The translations under genes were made by a program, and so were the position numbers. Below the pieces are notes generated by a model that had not been told where the DNA came from, did not search any database, and saw only the letters and a list, made by a program, of their open reading frames with translations. Positions 38,667 through 49,442 of a DNA stretch of 59,866 bases are shown in pieces. Numbering within the stretch: the stretch's first letter is position 1; each line of letters begins with the position of its first letter. The DNA is taken from the sequence record DRR723986_817; one strand, given 5' to 3'.

Positions 38667-40754
38667 TTAACGAATCGGGCGCACTCGATGAATCCGCCCA
38701 CGTGGTGCAAGCCCCTTGACGTTGATTGGCTTGTCAAGTTCGTGTTGCCCGATGTTGCCAGCCTGATCAACAGCCTGAACCATCAAGTAGATATGATCTG
38801 GAAGATCCAGTGGTGGCTGCCACGCATAGGTGTCGTTGGCTTCAAGGTTCTGCTCGATCAATTGCCACTTCTCAGCCTTGTTGGTTCGGAAGTACAGAGC
38901 CGCTGGCTGACGCAGCAGTTGGTTGTCAGTGCATGAGAAATCGACAACCAGCTTGCCTTCAAGTTGCCCGATCCCGTAGACGGCTCGCGAGATCTGCACC
39001 GTTGGCACCGACGTATCAACTTGAATCCAAACATCCGCCTTGTCGCCTGGGCGCGGTTTGTTGCTGACCAGCCCATTTGCGCTGATGACCACCATGCGAA
39101 AGCCGAACAGTCCGTCGTTGCCAACTTTGACATCAAAGGGGCTGACGCGATCTGGATCTTCGCCCCATTGCTGCCAGGAAACTCCTTCGTCCTCGGTTCC
39201 CCACAACTGTACGGTCGATAAAGACGATCCGCCCAGCGACTCGACGGAATAATCTAGGCTGAATGCCCTGCTATTGCATTTAAACGCATCCACCGACGCG
39301 GCTGCTCTGGGTGCATCGATGGCCACTCCTTGCGGCAAAGAGCTCGTGCCCTGACGAGCCCTCATTGCGTCAGCACCGTAAGCTTCAGTTTGTTGCGGCG
39401 AATCTAACTCAAGCCGCGGGTCTGGCGATCGATTCGCGTTGCTTCCTGCCCCAGGAGCCCCGCCGTAAGTGCTCGTGTACTGCGGAAGTTCACCACGCGA
39501 CGGCTCTGTGCTTGTGCGTGACAAGGTCTGCGGTGACTCGGGCGGAAGCGACTCTTGCGGGCGTGACTCTGGCTGCGGTGCAGGCAATTCCTCAACGGGC
39601 GGAGCCGAAGGCTCGAGCATCAGCCCCCCGCCATACGCGGACGTACCACCGTAGGCTGACGGCACGTTGGCAGAAGGCGCAGTGGCCGGTAATGCAGTGC
39701 CCGGTAATGATGACGCGGGAGCAGCATTGCCTGCCAAGCGGCCAGGATTCTGTGGACTGGTAGAACTCCGAACGCCATGCTGCGCGACGGCCGCCCTCTG
39801 TGCTCCGAAGGTCCGCTCGGCTTCGACCGACTCCGATGATTCAACGCGTTCTACCTGAAAACTTTCGTTCTTGGGCTGAGCGGCTTTCTTCCGGGCGGCG
39901 AGTTTCCGTTTCGTATGATCGGAAACGGGCTCCCAAGACGTTGCCCCTGGGATCGACACAAACTTTCCTTGCTGATCTCCGGTGCTAGCCAAAGTCAAAT
40001 CAGGCTTAATGCCTGCCGTCCGAGGCACCTCGTACTTGTAAGTGGCTTGTCCGGCATTCCCAGCCTGGTCTTGAATCTGGAAAACGAGTCCAATCTCGCG
40101 GCAGGCCGGCACTGGAATCTTGATCGTGTCCGCCAATCGGCCGTCTTCAGGAGAGGCCAAGTTTAACTCTACGTCATGCCACTGCTCGTCTTGATCGGTT
40201 CGGTACCGCAAAATGGCTGTGTCGAGAGCCAAATGAGGTTCTGCGACGGACAGGTCGACGATCAAATCTCCGTCGACAGAGTAGTCGGCTTCTATTTCCG
40301 CCGTTGGCTTTGTGGTGTCCACCAGCACGCGCATCGGTTTTGCAGCAGATGGGTACGCGGTTCCATTCTCGTCAACCGACTGCACCAGGAACCAATATTC
40401 GCCTTCTGCGGCTGCTCGGAAGTCAAACAGCTTGGTATCGAGCGACTTCGTTCCGTGAAGCTGCCAATTCTCGCCTTGGTCGACCGACACCCACAACTGC
40501 ACTTTCGCAGGACGTTTCCCACGTGAGTCAATCGAGTAGGGGATTTTGAATGCGGGCGTCTTCAGTGCCACAACTGGGGCCGCATCTTCCACCCCAAGTA
40601 CTGGACTAGCTACTAAGCCGACACCACCGGCTGTCATCGATAACAACAGACAACGCAATCGTGTACGCAAGCGAGATTTTTGGTCAGATTTTTCTGATTT
40701 CAATCGTCTGTGCACGTCCTTAGCCCCCAAAATTCGCGCATACCTGGGGCGCAA
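38667..40754 (-). CDS. Hypothetical exported protein with a duplicated beta-rich module and Pro/Ser-rich linker (start uncertain)
   Basis: Signal-like RLRCLLLSMTAGGVGLVASPVLG; repeated VQLWVSVDQGENW / VQLWGTEDEGVSW and DQAGN motifs. Confidence 0.72.
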   Translation of the reverse strand: MRPRYARILGAKDVHRRLKSEKSDQKSRLRTRLRCLLLSMTAGGVGLVASPVLGVEDAAPVVALKTPAFKIPYSIDSRGKRPAKVQLWVSVDQGENWQLHGTKSLDTKLFDFRAAAEGEYWFLVQSVDENGTAYPSAAKPMRVLVDTTKPTAEIEADYSVDGDLIVDLSVAEPHLALDTAILRYRTDQDEQWHDVELNLASPEDGRLADTIKIPVPACREIGLVFQIQDQAGNAGQATYKYEVPRTAGIKPDLTLASTGDQQGKFVSIPGATSWEPVSDHTKRKLAARKKAAQPKNESFQVERVESSESVEAERTFGAQRAAVAQHGVRSSTSPQNPGRLAGNAAPASSLPGTALPATAPSANVPSAYGGTSAYGGGLMLEPSAPPVEELPAPQPESRPQESLPPESPQTLSRTSTEPSRGELPQYTSTYGGAPGAGSNANRSPDPRLELDSPQQTEAYGADAMRARQGTSSLPQGVAIDAPRAAASVDAFKCNSRAFSLDYSVESLGGSSLSTVQLWGTEDEGVSWQQWGEDPDRVSPFDVKVGNDGLFGFRMVVISANGLVSNKPRPGDKADVWIQVDTSVPTVQISRAVYGIGQLEGKLVVDFSCTDNQLLRQPAALYFRTNKAEKWQLIEQNLEANDTYAWQPPLDLPDHIYLMVQAVDQAGNIGQHELDKPINVKGLAPRGRIHRVRPIR

Positions 40755-40888
40755 AGCCGCTCCCCGGTCTGTCTATTTCGTCGGTCGCCAAGATTCCTGG
40801 GCATAACTAAAATGTGGCTTCACGCTCAAACAGCGGTCAAAATGCGTTGCTAGCAATTTCGCTTCGCCACCAATCGGTAGATCAATCT

Positions 40889-42775
40889 ATGAACAAGCAA
40901 GCCACAAATCATCTGAACAGCTACGAATACGACATTGTTGTCGTCGGCGCTGGTCATGCCGGAACCGAAGCGGCGGCGGCAGCAGCGAGAATCGGTGCGA
41001 ACGTGGCCCTCCTGACTGGGAACTTGGATACGGTCGGGCAAATGAGCTGCAATCCTGCGATTGGAGGAGTTGCGAAAGGTCAGATTGTTCGCGAAATCGA
41101 TGCCCTCGGCGGGCTCATGGGCCGGGCAATCGACGAAACCGGAATTCAATTCCGACTGCTCAACCGCCGCAAGGGTCCGGCGATGCACAGCCCTCGTGCG
41201 CAAGCTGACAAACGCGACTATCAGCAGCACATCAAATATGTGATGGAGGATTACCCGGGAGTATCCTTACTGCAGGAGTTGGTCGAAGACTTGGAGCTGG
41301 AGGATGTCGGTGGGCAGCCGCGCATTGTTGGTGTTCGCGTTCGAGGCGGAGCGATTTATCGCGCCAAAGCTGTCGTGCTTACTACCGGCACGTTCTTGAA
41401 AGCCATCATGCACACCGGCGAAGCCAAGACCGAGGGTGGCAGAGCAGGGGAGGGGACTACAGAAGGCATTAGCGGTGCGTTGCTCCGGTGCGGTTTCTCG
41501 CTCTCGAGATTTAAGACCGGAACGCCCCCTCGGCTCAACGCCAAGACGATCGACTTTTCGGCCACAGAGGAACAGCCAGGGGACGAATCGCCGCAGCCAT
41601 TCTCCTACATGACCAACTCGCTCACTCAGTCACAGTTGCCGTGTTTTATCACCTACACGAACAACGCTGTTCACGAAATCATCCAGGCAAACCTACAGCG
41701 GGCTCCGATGTACTCGGGCCAAATCAATTCAACCGGACCACGCTATTGCCCATCGATTGAAGACAAGGTTGTGCGTTTCGCGGACAAAGATCGCCACCAG
41801 CTTTTCCTGGAGCCGGAAGGACGCAGGACCAACGAAGTCTACGTCAATGGAATTTCGACCAGCCTACCGCGCGACGTCCAAGATCAGATGCTTCGTCTTG
41901 TTCCAGGGCTCGAAAACGCCCAGATTATGCGTTACGGCTACGCGGTTGAATATGACTTTGCACCACCAGACCAACTTCAACCAACCCTGGAGAGCAAGCC
42001 AGTTGAGGGCCTTTTCCTGGCAGGACAGATAAACGGAACGACTGGTTACGAAGAAGCGGGTTGCCAAGGCCTGATTGCTGGTGCCAACGCTGCCCTGTCG
42101 CTTGCTGGCAAGGAGCCGCTACTCCTCTCGCGTGACTCATCTTACATCGGTGTGCTCATTGACGACTTGGTCACCCGCGGAGTCGATGAACCCTATCGCA
42201 TGTTCACCAGCAGAGCTGAATATCGTTTACTGCTGCGACAAGACAATGCTGACCGGCGACTGACGAAACTGGGCAGCGAATACGGCCTGGTCCCGACCGA
42301 CCGACTTGAGCGATTGCAAACCAAAGAAGCCGACATCGTAGAAGCAAAACGGATCCTGGATCAAAGCAGGATCATCATGGGGACCGTCTCAAGCGAAAAA
42401 GAGAGTGGTACCAGACACCTGCGCCGCAATGAGACAACCTGGGAAGAATTGTGCTCACACGTCGGAGAGCTCTCGCGATTCTCACCAGAGGTTGTGGATC
42501 AAGTTGTGTGGGACATCCGCTACGAGGGATACGTCGACCGCCAAAAAATGCAGGTTGATCGACAACGACGGATGGCGGACAAAAAGATCCCGCAGTGGTT
42601 TGACTACCACGCCATTCCCTCGCTGCGTACTGAGGCGAAACAAAAGCTATCAAAAATCAAACCAGTTAACCTTGATCAAGCGGGACGTATCAGTGGAATA
42701 ACGCCCGCCGATCTATCTCTGGTGCTGGCCTATTTGGAAGGCGCTGGTGGGGGTGCGCGACCAGCGGTTCAGTAG
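40889..42775 (+). CDS. mnmG: tRNA uridine-5-carboxymethylaminomethyl modification enzyme MnmG (GidA)
   Basis: [54 protein letters not shown] and [13 protein letters not shown]. Confidence 0.97.
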   Translation: MNKQATNHLNSYEYDIVVVGAGHAGTEAAAAAARIGANVALLTGNLDTVGQMSCNPAIGGVAKGQIVREIDALGGLMGRAIDETGIQFRLLNRRKGPAMHSPRAQADKRDYQQHIKYVMEDYPGVSLLQELVEDLELEDVGGQPRIVGVRVRGGAIYRAKAVVLTTGTFLKAIMHTGEAKTEGGRAGEGTTEGISGALLRCGFSLSRFKTGTPPRLNAKTIDFSATEEQPGDESPQPFSYMTNSLTQSQLPCFITYTNNAVHEIIQANLQRAPMYSGQINSTGPRYCPSIEDKVVRFADKDRHQLFLEPEGRRTNEVYVNGISTSLPRDVQDQMLRLVPGLENAQIMRYGYAVEYDFAPPDQLQPTLESKPVEGLFLAGQINGTTGYEEAGCQGLIAGANAALSLAGKEPLLLSRDSSYIGVLIDDLVTRGVDEPYRMFTSRAEYRLLLRQDNADRRLTKLGSEYGLVPTDRLERLQTKEADIVEAKRILDQSRIIMGTVSSEKESGTRHLRRNETTWEELCSHVGELSRFSPEVVDQVVWDIRYEGYVDRQKMQVDRQRRMADKKIPQWFDYHAIPSLRTEAKQKLSKIKPVNLDQAGRISGITPADLSLVLAYLEGAGGGARPAVQ

Positions 42776-42939
42776 GGTAAACCGCTGTGTTTCCGCAGAA
42801 ACCGCAACACTTTAGGTAGTGCAGCGAGGTTTACAGGGCTGGATGATCTGACCATTTTGGGGCATTTTTTTACGCACACAACAACCGCTCAGCGGCGCAA
42901 GGCGTTACAGATCAAGCACTTAGCGTAATTGGGTTAATC

Positions 42940-42967
42940 TTGACCCAGCCGGGGCAATCGCTATAAT
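42940..42967 (+). promoter_or_regulatory. Sigma-70-type promoter TTGACC-N16-TATAAT
   Basis: Near-consensus -35 and perfect -10 about 215 bp upstream of the response regulator. Confidence 0.65.
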
Positions 42968-43182
42968 CCGGTTGAACTGTCAAACTTGGCAAGCTTGGCA
43001 GTAGCGGAAATTGCTACAGGATAAGGAACTCGCAGAGCTTAGCGTCTCTACGCGATTCCTTCGCTTTTTCAAGCTAGTGGAATTGCCTTAATTCCATGGT
43101 AACGGCCTAAGGACGGGTGCTCATTGAGCCTCTCAGACCGTGCAGCTAGCGTGTCCATCGATCAGGAAGGGTGGTGGAAGGC

Positions 43183-43773
43183 ATGTCGACGACGAAGACG
43201 GTATTCACAACGGGCGAGGCGGCGAAGATCTGCAAGGTCAGTCAGCAGACAATCATTCGCTGTTTCGACAACGGGACTCTCAAAGGGTTTCGTGTTCCGG
43301 GCAGCAGGTTCCGGCGCATTCCTCGCGACCATCTTTTTTCATTCATGAAAGACAACGGCATACCAACCGATGCTCTTGAGAATGGGAAGAAGAAACTCTT
43401 GATCGTTGATGACGAACAAGACTTGGTGGATCTAATGGCAGACGCGTTCGAACGCGACGGCCGATTTGAGATCCGTACAGCGAACAATGGCTTTGACGCT
43501 GGGATGCAGGTCAAAGAGTTTCGACCAGACATGGTTGTCCTGGACGTTATGCTGCCAGACATCAACGGTAAAGAAGTCTGCCAACGCGTTCGCAGCGATA
43601 GCACGCTCGACTCGGTCAAGATCATCTGTATCTCTGGAATGATTGAACAAGATAAGGTTGGCGATTTGCGTGAAGCAGGCGCCGACGACTTCGTTCAGAA
43701 ACCATTTACGGTTGATCGATTGATCGAACGCGTATGCGATTTGCTAGACATCGACAAACCAGTCGCTCCCTAG
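43183..43773 (+). CDS. Response regulator with N-terminal excisionase/MerR-like HTH
   Basis: FTTGEAAKICKVSQQTIIRCFDNG HTH; receiver domain LIVDDE, VLDVMLPD and KPF. Confidence 0.9.
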   Translation: MSTTKTVFTTGEAAKICKVSQQTIIRCFDNGTLKGFRVPGSRFRRIPRDHLFSFMKDNGIPTDALENGKKKLLIVDDEQDLVDLMADAFERDGRFEIRTANNGFDAGMQVKEFRPDMVVLDVMLPDINGKEVCQRVRSDSTLDSVKIICISGMIEQDKVGDLREAGADDFVQKPFTVDRLIERVCDLLDIDKPVAP

Positions 43774-43789
43774 AGCGTAGCGACTGAAG

Positions 43790-44956
43790 ATGTCACGGCG
43801 AGCGGCCCAATCTGACAAAGAACTTGCAGCTACGAATCCGTCTGCGGATAGTCGTGTGTTCAATGCTAGTACGGTAGCCGCTCTGGTCAACAGATTCGCT
43901 GAACAACTTAGCCACGCCAGCGAGCAACACGCAAGTGGCGACGGCGAATCGCTCAGCCTAGCCGACTTAAGAAAGCAGGACTCCGCCTTCGACGGGTGGT
44001 GTACGCGCCGCGAAAGCGAATTGAGCTCGACTGCGAGCCTCCAACAAATCGCTGAATCCTTGCTCACCGATTCATCATGGCGCATATCCAACAGGAGCGA
44101 AAGACGCAGAACAGATCCTCCGCTGGAGGAATCGGTGGCTGCGACTTTAGCAATGCAGGATGCGTTGGTATCTGTCTGCGACGCGTTCTTGCGCCACTGC
44201 GTGAAAAGTGCGACCACTATTTCGCGTGACGAAGCATGGCGAAGGACCGTTTACAATTTCGCTTACGGGCTCAGTCATGAACTGAACAATCCCCTGGCTA
44301 ACATCAGCACCCGAGCTGGTGTCCTTCTGGACCGCTGCGATTCTCAAGATGACCGCGAACTGCTGTCTGCAATTGTGGACAGTGCGATGCGTGGATGTGA
44401 AATGCTGGGCGACCTGATGTTGATCGCTCGCCCCCCAGCGTTGGTTTGTGCGTCGATTGAAACCGCAGAGTTTATTACTCAGTTTCAACGCCGCGTCGAG
44501 CACTATGCTGGCTGCCGCGGAGTAACCATCCAAACAACTATTGCTGAAAACGCACCGCCCGAACTGCATTGGGACAGCAATGCAATGTCCGAAGCTCTTT
44601 GGTGCCTATGTCGAAATTCTATCGAATGCATGCCCGACGGCGGTGAGATCTCGGTCAGCCTGCGTGGCGATTCGAGACCGCAGCTTCAGATCAAGGGCTC
44701 TCAATCCGACGATGAATCGCTTCCACCCAAAGTCATTATTGAGGTCAGCGATAATGGTCCTGGTCTGAGCGATGAAGCGGCCGAGCAGTGTTTCGACATT
44801 TTCTATAGCGGCCGTGAATCCGGTCGTGGCCTTGGCATCGGTTTGGCAAAGTCCGAGCGAATTGTTGGCTCGCACGGCGGAAAGATCTCGATTGGCAATC
44901 GCACCTCTGGTGGCGTGTCGGTTATAGTGTTGCTGCCTAGCCGGCAACCTGAATAG
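43790..44956 (+). CDS. Soluble sensor histidine kinase
   Basis: H-box LSHELNNPL, N-box RNSIE, DNGPG and GRGLGIGL; no TM segment visible. Confidence 0.88.
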   Translation: MSRRAAQSDKELAATNPSADSRVFNASTVAALVNRFAEQLSHASEQHASGDGESLSLADLRKQDSAFDGWCTRRESELSSTASLQQIAESLLTDSSWRISNRSERRRTDPPLEESVAATLAMQDALVSVCDAFLRHCVKSATTISRDEAWRRTVYNFAYGLSHELNNPLANISTRAGVLLDRCDSQDDRELLSAIVDSAMRGCEMLGDLMLIARPPALVCASIETAEFITQFQRRVEHYAGCRGVTIQTTIAENAPPELHWDSNAMSEALWCLCRNSIECMPDGGEISVSLRGDSRPQLQIKGSQSDDESLPPKVIIEVSDNGPGLSDEAAEQCFDIFYSGRESGRGLGIGLAKSERIVGSHGGKISIGNRTSGGVSVIVLLPSRQPE

Positions 44957-44998
44957 TCGCAATCGAATTCCCTTTCCACCACTCCACTGAGGCTCCGA

Positions 44999-46663
44999 AT
45001 GGACGGCTCCAGTCCGGTTGGATGGCTGTGCCTTGTGCCGCCATTGTTGACCATCGTTCTCGCGATCGCCACCAAACGTGTTGTCTTGTCGCTGCTGGCG
45101 GGAATCGTCTCGGCGATCATCATCCTTCTTCCAACACCCGCTGCCTACGCAACGATCACCGCTGGCGCGGAAGATTCGGCCAGTTGGATGAAGTACGTAG
45201 CGCAACGACTTGTCTCTGAGCTTACCGAAGGACAATTGTGGGCCTCGCTAGTCGAACCGGACCACATTCGCGTATTCGTGTTCACGTCCATCTTGGGAAT
45301 ACAAGTCGCTCTCATTCACCGAAGCGGTGGAATGTTCGGGATTGTGCGTTGGGCCGCCCCACTGGCGAGGACACGAGGTGGCGGCCAAGTTCTCACTTGG
45401 TTTCTCGGCCTGATTGTCTTCATTGACGACTATGCCAATACACTGCTACTTGGCTCCACGATGCGGCCGATCACCGACCGTTTGAAGATCTCGCGAGAGA
45501 AGCTAGCCTTCTTGGTCGACTCCACTGCGGCGCCTGTGTCAGGCTTGGCTCTGGTCAGCACCTGGGTCGCCACTGAAATCAGCTCGATGGAGAAGGGCTT
45601 CATTGGCGCGGGCATTGATATTGGTAATGACACGTTCGGCATCTTCCTACAGACGATTCCGAGCAGGTTTTACATTTTGTACGCGCTTGTGTTCGTGCTC
45701 CTTTGCGGATGGCTTTGCCGTGACTTCGGGCCAATGCTCACTGCCGAAAGACGCGCCGCTAAGCGAACCGACGCGCCGGGCACAGGTGTCCGCGAACAAG
45801 CAACTCACGCGCGGCCTTGGAATGCAATCCTGCCAATCGTTGTCACAGTCGGCGTGGTTGTTTGGTTGCTAGCATTGACCGGTTGGTCCAACCTAGATGG
45901 TGCGGAGCTATCGGGTTCGGTCATCCAACAGTGGGGCACGATCATCGGGAGTGGAGACAGTTATCTGGCTCTGGTCTACGGCTCGCTCGCCGGCTTGGCG
46001 GTGATCCTGCTTCTGATCGCTGGGCAACGAGATCTCGGGGTTGGTGACATCAAGCAAAGTGCCACTGAGGGGTTCACCCATGTGCTTCCAGCTATGGTGA
46101 TCCTGTGGCTAGCCTGGACGTTCAGTAGCCTTACCGGCAGCGACCCAGAGGTTGAGTTCAACCTTCGAACTGGCAAGTATCTGGCCGATTTGGTCACCGA
46201 GTATTCTTTAAGCCCGGCATTGATGCCGACGATTGTCTTCGTCTTGGCAGGTGCAATCGCATTTTCAACCGGCACCAGTTGGGGCACGATGGCGGTCCTA
46301 ATGCCTATCGTCATTCAATTGGTTTACAACCTGCTCGAACAGAGTTCGGGATCTGCACCTGCAGTCGACCACCATGTTATGACAGCATCAATTGGCAGCG
46401 TTCTTGCTGGTGCGATTTTTGGCGACCACTGCTCGCCCATATCTGATACGACTGTGCTCAGCTCCAAGAGCAGTGGTTGCGACCATATTGCTCACGTCCG
46501 AACCCAGATCCCTTACGCGCTGACAATTGGTGGCATTGCCATATTGTTCGGAACGCTGCCAGCGGGGTTTGGGATCAGCAGCTACCTACTTATCCCAGTC
46601 GGCATTGCGGCGCTTGCCGTAACCCTGCTGGTCGTTGGGCGAAACGCGGCCGAAGAAACTTAG
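44999..46663 (+). CDS. Na+/H+ antiporter NhaC family protein
   Basis: VFIDDYAN, ISREKLAFLVDSTAAP, FSTGTSWGT and GDHCSPISDTT. Confidence 0.9.
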   Translation: MDGSSPVGWLCLVPPLLTIVLAIATKRVVLSLLAGIVSAIIILLPTPAAYATITAGAEDSASWMKYVAQRLVSELTEGQLWASLVEPDHIRVFVFTSILGIQVALIHRSGGMFGIVRWAAPLARTRGGGQVLTWFLGLIVFIDDYANTLLLGSTMRPITDRLKISREKLAFLVDSTAAPVSGLALVSTWVATEISSMEKGFIGAGIDIGNDTFGIFLQTIPSRFYILYALVFVLLCGWLCRDFGPMLTAERRAAKRTDAPGTGVREQATHARPWNAILPIVVTVGVVVWLLALTGWSNLDGAELSGSVIQQWGTIIGSGDSYLALVYGSLAGLAVILLLIAGQRDLGVGDIKQSATEGFTHVLPAMVILWLAWTFSSLTGSDPEVEFNLRTGKYLADLVTEYSLSPALMPTIVFVLAGAIAFSTGTSWGTMAVLMPIVIQLVYNLLEQSSGSAPAVDHHVMTASIGSVLAGAIFGDHCSPISDTTVLSSKSSGCDHIAHVRTQIPYALTIGGIAILFGTLPAGFGISSYLLIPVGIAALAVTLLVVGRNAAEET

Positions 46664-46826
46664 CCGCGATGCTAGCAAACGGCTGATTTGATCTACGATT
46701 AGCTGCCGTTTGAATCAACCTTTCGATAAGTCTGTATTTTTCCTAAAGTCCAGCGACATTGGAGAAATCTCTAAGCTATTTGCCCACGGATCCGGGCTCG
46801 GCTTGTCAACGGAAGGAGTCGATCAA

Positions 46827-47237
46827 ATGATCAGTGCACTCGACGTCAGCACCAGCGCACTTGTTGCGCAGCGAACACGCCTGAATACGATCTCAAGCAA
46901 CATCGCCAATATGACGACCGTCTCGGATGAGGACGGAAACGCGAAACCCTACCAACCCCGATTCACCGTCTTTCAAACAGACGATAGCATCGTTGCCAGT
47001 GGAGATGCCCACGGCGTCAAAGTGCAATCGGTTGAAACGGACGAATCTGATCCGAAGCTTCGCTATCAGCCTGAGCACCCGTTGGCCGATGAGCGTGGCT
47101 ATGTCGCTTACCCGAACATCAACCTCAACGAACAATTTGTTGATGCCCTCGAAGCAACGCGTTCCTACGAGGCCAACATCGGGGTGATGGAAATCAGTAA
47201 GAACCTAGGACGCCAGACCCTTTCGATCATCGCGTAA
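46827..47237 (+). CDS. flgC: Flagellar basal-body rod protein FlgC
   Basis: SALVAQRTRLNTISSNIAN, YQPEHPLAD.RGYV.YPNIN and RSYEAN. AAGGAG RBS before ATG 46827. Confidence 0.93.
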   Translation: MISALDVSTSALVAQRTRLNTISSNIANMTTVSDEDGNAKPYQPRFTVFQTDDSIVASGDAHGVKVQSVETDESDPKLRYQPEHPLADERGYVAYPNINLNEQFVDALEATRSYEANIGVMEISKNLGRQTLSIIA

Positions 47238-47289
47238 CGTTGCGACGATCTGTTAGGTCAAGTCGGCCCAAGGCTATAGGTTCACCAAC

Positions 47290-47625
47290 ATGAATCCCAT
47301 CGGCTCGTTCAACACTTCAAACTTCGACCTGCCCATCGCTCAGCGCATCTTGAGCAACGGCGTCGGTGGTGAAGTCAAGACGCAGTCGACCGAGTCATCT
47401 GAGCCGAGCGGTTTTGCGGGCATGCTCTCTGAGGGTATCGGCAAAGTAAACTCGATGCAGAAGGATGCCGACTCCCAGGTGCACGAACTGCTCACCGGCG
47501 GTGAAGTTTCCCAAGTGGAAGTCCTCACCGCAGTGCAGAAAGCGGACATGGCGTTCAGATTGTTAGTCCAGGTTCGCAACAAGTTGTTAGCCGCTTACGA
47601 AGAAATCAACGCAATTCGCGTTTAG
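47290..47625 (+). CDS. fliE: Flagellar hook-basal body protein FliE
   Basis: VLTAVQKADMAFRLLVQVRNKLLAAYEEI; directly follows flgC. Confidence 0.92.
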   Translation: MNPIGSFNTSNFDLPIAQRILSNGVGGEVKTQSTESSEPSGFAGMLSEGIGKVNSMQKDADSQVHELLTGGEVSQVEVLTAVQKADMAFRLLVQVRNKLLAAYEEINAIRV

Positions 47626-47672
47626 CTCCTCCAACAGATGCTCCGTTCCGTTAACTCGCATACGACCTTGAT

Positions 47673-49370
47673 ATGAACACTCTTTCGCAAATCGGAAAGC
47701 AGCTTGGCGACCTGTTCTCTGCGATGACCCCTCAGGCGCGCATCATGGCGGGTTTGATGGTCGGCGTAATTGTTGTCAGCCTTGGATGGATTCTCACCGT
47801 TGGCGGTGGAACTGAATACGAAACCCTGCTCGGTGCCTCATTCACCGAACGGGAATTGGATCGAATGGAGTCCGCCTTTGGTGAAGCCGGTTTGCGGGGA
47901 TACAACCGCGTCGGTCGCCAAATGAAGATTCCTATTGGTGAGAAAGACCTTTACCTCAAAGCGCTCAGTAGCTCCGGTGCAATGCCGGCCGAATGGGGAA
48001 GCAAGATCCAGGCAGCCCTGGAAGCAGGCAGCGTCTTTGATTCGCCTAGTAAAATGCAGATGCGGTTTGATTCTGCAGCGGAACAAGAGTTTGCAACACT
48101 GCTGATGCAGATGAATGGAATTGAGTGGGCCGCTGTTGAATACGACAAAGTCGAAGAGAGTTTCCTGAAACAAAAGAAGAGCGTCTGCAGTGTTTGGGTA
48201 CGCGCCCCCATGGGGCGCAAGGTTGAAACGAACTTGCTGCGCAGCATCGCGAAGCACACGATGAAGACCTTCGCTGGCCTGACCGAAAATGACGTCTCCG
48301 TCATGGATGTCGGTGCCAACACGCTCTACGACCCAAGTAATGACGTAATGAGCGACTCGCCGTATCTGACCGAGCAAATGCGATACGAAGAGAAGCTAGA
48401 AAACCAAATCTTTGAGTTCTTAGGCAACAAGTACGGTGACGTTCAATTGATGGTCGCGGTAGAGCTTGATCCAACTCTGGAGCAAGCATCCCAAGAACTA
48501 ACCTACGACGGTTCACCAGTAGCCCTACGTTCAACAACGTCGCGGAAAGACACTCAGAACGAAAAATCGCCGCCTGCAGGGGCGCCTGGCACAGGGCCCA
48601 ACCAAGACCGAGCCGTTGCGAACACCGCCGCACAGCTTAGTACGTCTTCGCAAATGCAAGTTGCCACGAGCAAAGAATCGTCCGAAGAAACGGCCAATAC
48701 CGTTGGCCACACGACGGTCGTCAAAAGCACCGCTGGGCTTACTCCAACAAAACTTACCGTCAACCTTGCGATCCCCGATTCACATATCCGCAAAGTATGG
48801 GAGCACCAAACACTCCTAGCTACACCAGACACAAAGCCCGAGGAACTAGAGCCCCCCACCGAAGCTCAGCTTGCACCGGTGGAGTCGAAGATCACGGCCC
48901 AACTACAAGCCGCCCTGGAAGCATTGCCTGTTGGGCTTCGCGGCGGACAAGCCCCAACACCCTATGTCACCGTCACAACCTATGCTGACACACCTGTTGA
49001 GCCGCTGCCGGAGCCAAGCATGATGGCGGGTGTTCTCGGCTGGTTGACTGATTCGTGGAGCACACTCGCTCTGCTCGGGATTCTCGTCGTGGGCCTCGCC
49101 ATGATGTCGAGCTGGGTCAAGAGCGTTGGCGAAAGCCAGAACGACAAGGAATTCGCAGAAGGCTTCGGGCTCCAGATTCCTGAAAACCTTGACGACGAAC
49201 TCGACATCCAAGACGAAGCTGAGGGCGAAGAAGGCGAAGGCGGCAAGGAGCGAAAGGTTAGCTTTGAAGTAACCGGCGAAGATGTCAAAGAAGACGTCTC
49301 AACCCTCATCAAAGAAAACCCCGATGCAGCAGTCAATCTACTGAAGACGTGGATTGGCGACGCAGCATAA
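47673..49370 (+). CDS. fliF: Flagellar MS-ring protein FliF (divergent)
   Basis: Two TM helices flank a large periplasmic region; PAGAPG motif; C-terminal ENPDAAVNLLKTWI; follows fliE. Confidence 0.8.
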   Translation: MNTLSQIGKQLGDLFSAMTPQARIMAGLMVGVIVVSLGWILTVGGGTEYETLLGASFTERELDRMESAFGEAGLRGYNRVGRQMKIPIGEKDLYLKALSSSGAMPAEWGSKIQAALEAGSVFDSPSKMQMRFDSAAEQEFATLLMQMNGIEWAAVEYDKVEESFLKQKKSVCSVWVRAPMGRKVETNLLRSIAKHTMKTFAGLTENDVSVMDVGANTLYDPSNDVMSDSPYLTEQMRYEEKLENQIFEFLGNKYGDVQLMVAVELDPTLEQASQELTYDGSPVALRSTTSRKDTQNEKSPPAGAPGTGPNQDRAVANTAAQLSTSSQMQVATSKESSEETANTVGHTTVVKSTAGLTPTKLTVNLAIPDSHIRKVWEHQTLLATPDTKPEELEPPTEAQLAPVESKITAQLQAALEALPVGLRGGQAPTPYVTVTTYADTPVEPLPEPSMMAGVLGWLTDSWSTLALLGILVVGLAMMSSWVKSVGESQNDKEFAEGFGLQIPENLDDELDIQDEAEGEEGEGGKERKVSFEVTGEDVKEDVSTLIKENPDAAVNLLKTWIGDAA

Positions 49371-49442
49371 CACGCCCTTACGTCAACATTCAGGCACGCC
49401 AATCCATTTGGTTCCTGGCATCGGCTTCAACTACCAACGAAC

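Noticed and set aside
43183-43380. Excisionase-like HTH as evidence of a prophage or ICE
   Set aside because: It is fused to a receiver domain beside a kinase, with no integrase, att site or phage genes nearby.
46710-46826. flgB remnant or FlgC N-terminal extension
   Set aside because: There is no FlgB-like sequence, and the RBS supports ATG 46827.
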